Shown in pieces: positions 55,192 through 64,000 of a stretch of DNA of 64,000 nucleotides. The notes below the pieces were generated by a model, which searched no databases, was not told where the DNA came from, and worked only from the letters and a program-made list of their open reading frames with translations. Each line of letters begins with the position of its first letter. The stretch's first letter is position 1. Where the stretch lies: contig JAPETS010000009.1 of the NCBI GenBank assembly GCA_026023565.1, positions 558,001 through 622,000 of the forward strand, given 5' to 3'. Source of the stretch: Cirrosporium novae-zelandiae. Taxonomy: Eukaryota. Position numbers and translations under genes: made by a program.

Positions 55192-56259
55192 AGGAAGAGT
55201 GGTGTGAGAATCTGATTTTTGACGACTGAAATCGACCTTGCCAAATGAAATTCTGGAAGAGGGCCCCTCCAACTTGCTTAAACGAATTCGGTTGTCCTGG
55301 CAGGAAGGAAATATCTTCTTTGGCGAATATGAATCAGCACCAAGGAAGAAAGAAAGAAAGGAAGGAAGGAAGAGAGAACGAAATATCCATTTCTTCTACT
55401 ATCCAGGACACATCCATACCATGACTCCACCAGCGATACCTTGTATCAACCGTCTTCGCTAATAGTTATGCTGATATACCTCCTTCTCTTTCCAGGTATA
55501 AATGACCAAGGCTCCCGGCTTATTCATTCCGAAATGAACAGCTGGCCGCTGCTTAGAGATGGAGATGGAGATTTTGTTTGCAATACAACATGGACAACAC
55601 TAACACCTTTAGCTACAAAACTAAACGCAGGATGATTGAGCTGAAGTTGAATACTTATCTACGACTGCTCTCGTCAACATGCCTCAAGAAGCAGCAGCAG
55701 AGGCTGAGAAAGCACAAATCCTAGCTTCAACTTCAAATTTCAATCGATAAAGCGCAATCGATCTTGTTATTGATACTGATACTACCTGTGAGTTTTTGTT
55801 TTTGCTTTATCTCAAGGGGTAGAGCATTGGTTCTGGACGTCAAAGTAGAGAATATAACGCATGAATAATGAATATTAGTTTGATAAGACGTTCCTAGGAG
55901 TCTATCTGTTATTTGAATTTTATTATCAAAATAATTTTTGGGACCATATTATTGTATGATACAACCCCTCAATCCTATTAAATGTAAAGGATGCCACGTG
56001 GATGTCTATAATGTGGAGCCACTCTCATCATAGTGGGATACTTTTTGATTTCGGTCAACAGCAGAAAATCGAAGTTGCATGACGTGAAATATATCGATAC
56101 CGTAATTTACATTTACTCGTATCTCGATGATGACATAATATTATCTTCATCTCCATCTAAAGCTCAATCTACCACCTTAGCCACCCACGATTTACTGCAA
56201 CCACGTCGGGATCCTAAACTCCTCTCCTTCTCCCATAGTTTGGTACTGAACTTAGCAGA

Positions 56260-57357
56260 ATGTCTTTAAAAATGACCTTCCAACCCACCCGCTTTGCAAC
56301 GGCCCGTCTCCTTTCCCAGCACCTCCGACCAGCAACGCGCCGAACCTTCACTACAACTCCGACCCCCTTCAGATCATACAACCACCATTCCGCCGGTCTC
56401 GCCTCCCAAAAAGCCTACTACAAGCGCCGTGCCGCCTATGCCGCGGTTGGCGCCATCGCCTCGGTAATCGCAACAGTAATTGCCGTAAAGCAAGCTCCGA
56501 TCGAGAAGCTCGATGCGCCGCCCAGAAAATCCGGGGACCCGTTTCGCGGAGGTAACCCTATAATCGAAGGGGGGGGGATACAGATGGTGGATGGCGAGGG
56601 GACGGATTTTGTTGAAACGGGATCCAGCGCGGTGCCGTTTTTCCCTAAAACGGTGACGCTGCCGAGCAAGAGCTCGCCGATTGCGACGGAGGAGTACCAA
56701 TTGCTCGGTCTGGGCATCCGAAAGGTTTCTTGGCTGTCCATCCCGGTTTACGTCGTGGGCATCTACATCCCGAAATCCGACATTGCGACCCTGCAGGCCT
56801 GTCTTGTCCGCCAGGTGAACCCCGCCGCCACGGCACTTGTTCCCAACGAGCAGGACGAGCTACGCTCTTCACTCTTGAATCCAGTGACGGGTCCAGCCAT
56901 ATGGGAAGCTCTTCTCAAGGATACCGGCATCAGACTCGCCATCAGAGTCGCACCGGTCCGGAATACAGATTTCCCACATCTCAGAGATGGCTGGACGCGA
57001 GCGATCGTTCGCCGCGTGCAACGAGCCAGGACCGACGAGGGCCCCGCGGCAGAATATCTCGATGAAAAGTTCGGGAAGAGCATGGTTGAGTTCAGACAGT
57101 TTTGGGGTGGTGGCTCCGTCAAGAAGGGGACGCCGATTTACATGACGAGGGACCGTCAGGGAGTGCTAGAGGCGTTGACGGTGGATGCGAATGGCCAGTT
57201 GGAGAAGAGAGGGGAGGTTGAGGATGAACGGCTGAGCAGGATACTATGCCTTTCCTACCTGGGTGGGTTTAAGGTCAATTCCGAGGAGGTTTGTCAGAAT
57301 ATAGTCAATGAAGTCGTGGGCTTCACTGGGAGACCTGTTGGCGCCATTCCCATCTAG
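56260..57357 (+). CDS. AIM18: Mitochondrial chalcone-isomerase-like protein (Aim18/Aim46 family)
   Basis: Arg/Thr-rich presequence and a TM helix, then YQLLGLGIRKVSWLSIPVYVVGIY and PVRNTDFPHLRDGW. Start may be 56272. Confidence 0.8.
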   Translation: MSLKMTFQPTRFATARLLSQHLRPATRRTFTTTPTPFRSYNHHSAGLASQKAYYKRRAAYAAVGAIASVIATVIAVKQAPIEKLDAPPRKSGDPFRGGNPIIEGGGIQMVDGEGTDFVETGSSAVPFFPKTVTLPSKSSPIATEEYQLLGLGIRKVSWLSIPVYVVGIYIPKSDIATLQACLVRQVNPAATALVPNEQDELRSSLLNPVTGPAIWEALLKDTGIRLAIRVAPVRNTDFPHLRDGWTRAIVRRVQRARTDEGPAAEYLDEKFGKSMVEFRQFWGGGSVKKGTPIYMTRDRQGVLEALTVDANGQLEKRGEVEDERLSRILCLSYLGGFKVNSEEVCQNIVNEVVGFTGRPVGAIPI

Positions 57358-57701
57358 ATTGGATTGGTTTAAAATGCTTCTTTTTTTTTGTTTTCACATC
57401 ATTCTTCACATTTGCTTTGAGGAAAGCGACTGTATGTATATCCAACATTACCGCCCTAAAAAAAACGGCTTCTGTGTATATATATACCTAGTTGAAGAGT
57501 CACAAATAAAGGCTCCAGCCGGGAAAAAAAAGTTAAATGCAGAATAAACCGATTTCATTTCATATCGTATATATTCTACATTCCCAAGGACTTTAAAGCC
57601 CGATCCTAATCGCCAGGCCATCCCAATCAACAACCAACCAACCATCAGGAACCCTTTCTGCTCCCAACGCTATCCCAACAACAACAATAACAACAACATC
57701 T

Positions 57702-58186
57702 CTAAAGAGCCCCAGCAGTCTTCAACAAAGTAGGCAACTCCGATTTCTTCGCCTGCAGATCCGAATTCCCACCAATATGTTTCTGAGAAATGAAGATATT
57801 GGGTACGGTACGTTGGTGAGTTATTTCCTCAAGGGCATCTTGGAGTGCGGCTCCATCGTCTATATATGTAAAAAAGAGTTTGATATTAGCAATCATCATC
57901 ATCATTTCAAATAATAAATGGCATTATTAGAAGGGTGAATGGAATAATCACAACAACATACCAACAGTATCCAACTCAATCGTATAAAATTTAGCTCCCA
58001 ACTCACTCAAGAGGGATTTCGATGCCTTGCAGTAAGGGCAATAAGATTTCGAGAACACCGCTATCCAAAACGTTAGTTCTTCTTCTTCTTCATCCCATAT
58101 CTATCCATCTGCAACAACACGCAAACACACTTACCGACGGAATTCTCATCAATGATATTTTGAACCTTGGTTTTGGCGGCAGACAT
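57702..58186 (-). CDS. GRX1: Dithiol glutaredoxin, 3 exons
   Basis: [32 protein letters not shown]...|[35 protein letters not shown]. Has CPYC, TVP and GG motifs. Confidence 0.93.
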
Positions 58187-59492
58187 GATTGCGGGATTGG
58201 TGGTGCTCGAGGAGCCGAATAGCCGGAGGAGGAAAGCTATGATGGGCAAGTGGGGTGGGGTGGGTTTTGCTATCGAGAGTCTTGCTTGATAGCTTATGGA
58301 TGGATGGATTGATGGATAGCAAGCTGTATGTGTGTATGTGTGTTTGTATGTGTTGTATGTTGAAGTAATAATCAGAAAACTAAGGTAAGGTCCAAAAGGG
58401 CGAACTTGAGGGGCTTATTTAAACAGATTAGATCTATCGATTATGGGACCGAGGGGAGGGGTGGTCCAGAACCCCCCAAGGATGTGTAACGGAATCCCGA
58501 GGGGTTGTGGTGTGCGTGTGTATGTAAGCGGGTCGGGTCGCCGAGGTCCCTAACAAAGAAACTTATGAACGGCGAGTATATATCTATTGATTATTTACCT
58601 AGGTATAGTCTATAGACCTATGGACCTCCTTCGAGATGTACTAAGTTGAGGTAAGCAGTAAGAAAAGGCCTTCGGCGAGAAGTACTGATAACTAAACAAT
58701 GGTTAATTTTTTTTTTATGATTTACAGCTCTTAGTCTATTTTGCTTTTTCCGGAACTACTTGTGGTAACTAAGTTATAGATATTATGGAATCAATTAGTT
58801 TTCCATCTATCTGGGCGTGCTTTACTTTGTCATCATTATCATACTATACTACATAGCATGACGCGTGTTGTAGTAGCTGAGTTTTATTTACATGCTTCCG
58901 TCCGGGATTTATTCTAGATATAGTCTATGTCAAAACTTGTGTGTGTTGAAAAAGATTCTATATCAATATCTACCTAGGTATCTATAGAGTATATATCTCC
59001 CTCTCTCCCTCTCTCCATTATTATCGGTAATGATATCGCCATACAAGGCATAAGGTTGGACCTAACCCCCCCACTTCTAAGTAAGTAAGTAAATAAAAAC
59101 TATGGGATAGACTAAGTTACTTGTGCTCCTTACTTATTCTCTTTTATAGAGCTGGCTGCTGCTACTGTATAGTGGCTTGGGTTTTGAGGCTTGTTGGAGT
59201 AATAGTTTGAGATGGTTGTTAGTTGCATGAATGCAAGGGCGGTGGTTCGTTTTGAAAGTAAGAGAAGTCAGAATTTGATATAAGCCGTGGCTGTGATGAT
59301 TATCAATTTTGTTTTTCATAAAAACTACCCAAATATAATTTCAAACCACAAATGTGATCGAAGTAGATGTACATGTACAATATTAAATAAATGCTTTAGT
59401 AACTCTTCCAATACAACCATTTCACTCTAGACTAGGTCGGGGAGGCCATGTATAGCCCAGTCTGGTGCCTTTACTGTCACTGGTCTCTACTC

Positions 59493-60843
59493 TTATTTTT
59501 CAACCGGTTGGCATTCTACACCATCGTACACATAAGTCAGCAAACTATTACCCTTCAAGTAGAACATCCAAAGACTGACAGTCAGAATATAGAGACAACT
59601 TACTCAGATTATCCAGCACATTAAAGTCCTCTACAAACTTCCTAAGCCGCTCTCCCCCCAGCTTCGCCTTCGGAGCCTTCCATGCTCCCTTCTTATCATT
59701 CATGTGCTTCTCCTCTAACAACGTCTCCTCCCAATCCAACCCGTCTTCTCCCGCCTTGCTCCCTGCATTTACCCGAATTGTGAATTCTGTGCGCTGGTGT
59801 AGTATGATCAGACCTACTCGGAAATGGCCAGGAGCGGCGTAAGAATAACGGAGTTTTGAACTGGTGGCGGCGGCAGCAGGTTTAGATTGGAGTCCGAATT
59901 CATAAGTGTTTTTCTTGGGGATGAAGGAGGAGGTTAAGGCCCATTGATCAGATTTCTTGAGTTTGTAGGGAGCGACGTGGTTGATGCCGCGGGTGCTAGA
60001 TTTGATGGTGTTATTGAGAAGGATAAGCTTGGGGATCTGGCTATTTGGTTCCTTTTCAACCTTAGCTTTAGCTTTAGTGGTTGGTTTTTCGGTCGTTGAA
60101 GCCTCGGGTTTCGTAGTTAGGCGTCCAATGAGGGATTTGGGGGAGAAGTACGCTGTGGGAGTGATATCACCCTCGAGAGAGATGCGGACATACAAGTTGT
60201 GGATGTCATTGTACATTAGAGTCAGACTGATCTCGCACGCGGGCTCACCATCGAGGGTGCCGAATTTGACATGATCGAAGTAGGCCCGTATATCTTGGTT
60301 GATATTTTTAGCCATGGTACCTCTTTCGCCTACAGTCAGTTCCTTCTTCTTGCCATCCTTAGTACCGCCTTTATCTCCCCCCCTCTTTGCTTCTACTGTC
60401 ATTGCTGCTGACTTCCTGGGGGTCGTATGAACAGGAATATGATCGGGGTCAGGTGGTGCTGCCTGCAAAGCACGGTCAGCAAGAGTCAAGACATCCCTAG
60501 TCCGCCCTTTATCTGAAATGAGCACAAACACTGAGTCATGGAAGTCTGGAAATAGAGGAAGTCTCGTAGTAACACGCATATCAAGATATTCATTTATCGA
60601 TTGCTCGATGTGTTGCGTGAGCAACTTATCAAGCGGTATCAGCTGGGCATCGGGGGTTTCAGGCGTTGTGAGAATCCAACCCTCTAGGTTTACATGATAA
60701 TCGCTTGACTTTTCACTTTTCCTGGGGGTCTTGAGCTTTGCACTGGGGGCCGCTGCTACCTTGGTTTTCTTTGCAACAGATTGAGCTGCTGTTGGAGTTC
60801 CTGGCCGCTTCGTTCCGGCTGCTACTTTCTTTGGCCAAGCCAT
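59493..60843 (-). CDS. Orphan basic protein (about 420 aa) with a Lys/Ala/Pro-rich N-terminus
   Basis: Long open frame (track 59548-60963) with a likely ATG at 60843 (MAWPKKVAAGTKRPG...). A probable terminal intron (GTAAGT...GCTGAC...TAG, ending 59516) leads to KCQPVEK*. No family recognised. Confidence 0.65.
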
Positions 60844-61450
60844 TATTGGATTTTCAGGTTGAAGGGGTGGGGGGGAAATCCACATGTGATGAACAGTGGT
60901 GTATCTTAATGAAACTAAATTTGCTGGAAGCTGATGATTTGCGGCGAGAAATGACTTATTCACAAATGAAATTGCTAGATAAAAGAGATAGCTCCATGGA
61001 AGAGGTAGAATATATTTAAATGGTTATTGTTGGCTCTCTGGGCCATTCGTGTAATCCTTTCTTTGATGTGGATGGTGTAGAGGGGGTTGCCTATTCCGGG
61101 GCTTAGGGCTTTGTTCACCATTGTTCAGACCATGACTCTCAAGATGGAAAATTGTTTTCAGCTATTGCTAGTAGATGGTATTCCAATCATGAAATGATAG
61201 GAGAACTAATATAAAAATCAAGAGAAATCAACAAGCTATCGTTATTGGAATTATGGATAAGACTCGAGTGGACTTATGCCTATTGGCTAACATATTCTTG
61301 AAAACAACTTGGATATAGAATAGCAATCCTGTATATTTGTTTGTAACATTGTGCATTGAGTGATGGATAATGTTTTTTGCGTTAAGTTGAGAATACATCC
61401 AGTGTTCATATAAAGAAGGGTGACTGATGAGTTTAAAATATTTCGATGGA

Positions 61451-61594
61451 GATGCAAAAGATACAAAAGGTGCAAAAAGTACAAAAGGTGCAAAAGGTGC
61501 AAAAGGTGCAAAAGGTGCAAAAGGTGCAAAAGGTGCAAAAGGTGCAAAAGGTGCAAAAGGTGCAAAAGGTGCAAAAGGTGCAAAAGGCGCAAAT
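61451..61594. repeat. 9-bp minisatellite (GGTGCAAAA)n, 16 units, with 11 consecutive perfect units at 61487-61585
   Basis: Counted directly. Degenerate units GATGCAAAA, GATACAAAA and AGTACAAAA at the left end and GGCGCAAAT at the right end. Confidence 0.98.
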
Positions 61595-61894
61595 TGTTTC
61601 CGCCACCAACCATCAACGCGATACTTTAATGAAATAACCACTTTGGAAAACCATCTTTCTTAACATTGTGTATATGGAAAGTCGAGTTAGATCAAAAATC
61701 AATTAGCATTTTCATTTATAGCACAGAAGAAGACGTCCAGTGATTTAAAAGCGATGGTGAATGTAAGCCGTTGCTGCCTGGCTAGCTAAGAGCTTCGCCA
61801 TGACACGATGAAAGCACATTTCCTTACAAGTAAACGTTGATTTATTTTATTTTTAAGATTCTTCGCCTTATATACTCTCATTACAGTTCTCGTT

Positions 61895-63096
61895 ATGTCT
61901 GGACCAGATATCATCCTTCAGCGCGCTCTGTTGGCGCAGTCTGATATCTCGCCCTCCTTTCTCACCCAAACCCAAGTTCATGGTGATGAATCGGGTCTCT
62001 TTTCCCATATTGGCTTCGGACGCTGTGGTCATGTCTTCGCAATAGGCGGCACATGTGTAGTCGCCAAAGTAGCAATTGACAAGGATGACCTCGAGCTCTG
62101 GGACGACGCTCGAATGCATCAAAAGATCTGGGAAAGCTTCCAAACGCACGCCGGCCTAAACCACGTTATCCAAATCCCCAAATCCCCAAACCCCATGACT
62201 GTAAAAGACCCGACGACGCAACGTGGTGGGCAGACAACCTTGTCTACTTCCCCCCCAAACCAAAAACCCCCACCAACAGAGGCGTCCTCATCTCCGAGCG
62301 CATCCTCCCAATGCCTAAGCTGGTGCGCGGCGCTCTCGTCGATAAGTACTGCCCCCTCCCACAGCGCCAGGCAGCGAAAACCAATCCCATGAATGATCCC
62401 TGCGTCATCAGTCTCTACCTAGGCGAGCGACGCGGCCAACGCCCTTATATGAACTTCGGCCTGCGTAATTTCCCCCTCTACCTCGACTAGATGCTTGACC
62501 TGGGCCTCGAAGTCTCCGTCTTCGCCGCCACCATCGGTCATTCACTGGCAATTATGCATCTGGCAGCCCGGGTCGACGCCCGCGACATCGAATTCGTTCT
62601 CGGTCGCGCCCCATCTTACACCCACTACCAGCTCCCCAGCTATGCGGAACTAACAAGCATACCGGAGCCCAAGCCCGACAACCACGACCACGACCACGAC
62701 AACATCGAACCCGAATTCAAAAACAGACTTATCCGCGTATGGATGCTAGATTTCAACGAATGCCTCCCCATCGAACTGAACGAAGACGGCGTCGACGCAG
62801 CCGTGGAGGCCATTTTTCTAAACGATGCTTACTATCCACGGCCACCATCACCATCACCGCTACAAAAACCCAACATACCCGCACTCACACCCACAACCGA
62901 AACAACAATAGACAAACAAAACGAAACAGTCTGGCCCGCCTTCCGCGACTCCTACCTCCGAACCGCAAAACTCATCACAGCAGGATGGGATACCAAAGAT
63001 TTAGATCTAGATATAAATTCAGATATAGATTTCCCACAACGCTTCATCGATAAACTAGTCGCTCGAGCTATCTCGGAACATCCGGGGTGGAAGTAA
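61895..63096 (+). pseudogene. DUF3669-like (kinase-like) gene disrupted by an 8-bp duplication frameshift and a premature TAG
   Basis: Reconstructed frame: IGFGRCGHVF...ISERILPMPKLVRGALVDKYCP...LYLGERR...FGLRNFPLYLD*MLDLGL...LAIMHLAARVDARDIEFVLG...WMLDFNEC...NDAYYPRP. AAATCCCC is duplicated at 62172-62187 and TAG sits at 62488-62490. Confidence 0.78.
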
Positions 63097-64000
63097 AACC
63101 TAGGACCTAAGATTGAGAGAACTAGGGGAAAAAAACAAAATTCGTGTCTATTGATCCTCCCCCCTAGAAGGCTATTTGCTTATTCTACGGCTCCCTAGGG
63201 GGGTAAATAGTAATAGCAATAGTAATAATATATATATTATTATTCGAGCCGTGTGGTATGGTAAGGTTAAGTACTTAGACTCAGGTTCTGGGGACCATTT
63301 GTTAATCACATCATATTTCAAAAAAAATCTTAAATTTCCATCCATCTATCCCCATCCATATATCTATCCCCCCCTTCCCAAACCAAGATATATATTTTTT
63401 TTTAAAAAAAAACCATTAATTCATTTATTTCACTACTTAAGGGGCGTCCCTTATCCTTATCTTCCTCCTCCTCTTCCTTCTTTTCATGTCTATAACCGCA
63501 CACACACATACATACACACATATATACATACACACGTATAACTACAAACATCCATCCAAACACATCCACACACATTATCCCTTTCCATTCTCGTCTCTCT
63601 CGAACCAGCTTCCCGCTCTCTCGACTACTTTCGATTCGATTGAGCCATCAATCATCGTCTCCATATTCTTATTCTTTCCTCTAAAGGAAGAACCTAAATC
63701 CGTTTCTCTTCATTTCCGGAACAAAAAGGGGAAAAAGAAGGGAAAAAAAAAGGTGGTAATAGTACTTTGTATATACACAATATGCCCATCTATTCAACCA
63801 ATCGTGTCGTGCTTATCTTTCGCACATTCCACCCTGTCCATATGTCCATGGAGCCAAACTAAACATCTCTGATCCTCCCCCCTCCAATTGCAGGACCCCT
63901 CGCCCTCTCGATTTCTGTCTCTACCATTTCGATACCGGAAAGACTGGGGTATTTCTTGCTGAAAGCGCTCTCCCAATCGTCGGCGGTGCCAGCGCCAAAC

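Noticed and set aside
59445..59470. tRNA A-box-like GTATAGCCCAGTCTGG
   Set aside because: No T-arm/B-box (GTTCRA) or acceptor stem follows.
61451..61594. Possible CRISPR or telomeric array
   Set aside because: There are no spacers, the genome is eukaryotic, the unit is not TTAGGG-like and the position is internal.
61427..61663. Collagen-like (GAK)n ORF and the other repeat ORFs (FAP, KRC, VQK, LHL)
   Set aside because: These arise because the 9-bp unit has no stop codon in any frame. No signal peptide or other sign of coding.

Overview
This is eukaryotic genomic DNA from a filamentous ascomycete (Pezizomycotina, probably Eurotiomycete-like). The evidence is short GT-AG introns with CTRAC/CTAAY branch points plus fungal-type TEF1, TeaR, GRR1 and PFF1 genes. 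The window holds about 20 recognisable, mostly housekeeping genes: EFR3 (partial), TEF1, RPC11, an ankyrin protein, MSL5/BBP, a sterol O-acyltransferase, AP-1 gamma adaptin, a J-domain protein, a metallophosphoesterase, a GFA/CENP-V protein, RPL16, a PTS2 acyl-CoA ligase, GRR1, PFF1, a UBL-BAG protein, TeaR, Med10, an Aim18-like protein and glutaredoxin. It also has three orphan ORFs, a DUF3669-like kinase-fold pseudogene with two identifiable lesions, a 9-bp minisatellite and long low-complexity intergenic stretches. The best candidate for undescribed biology is the intron that splits the KH domain of branchpoint-binding protein. It is packed with ACTAAC motifs (BBP's own binding sequence) around a hairpin, which suggests splicing autoregulation. 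Gene identities come from recognising translated motifs by eye; no database searches were run. Exon boundaries were read manually.
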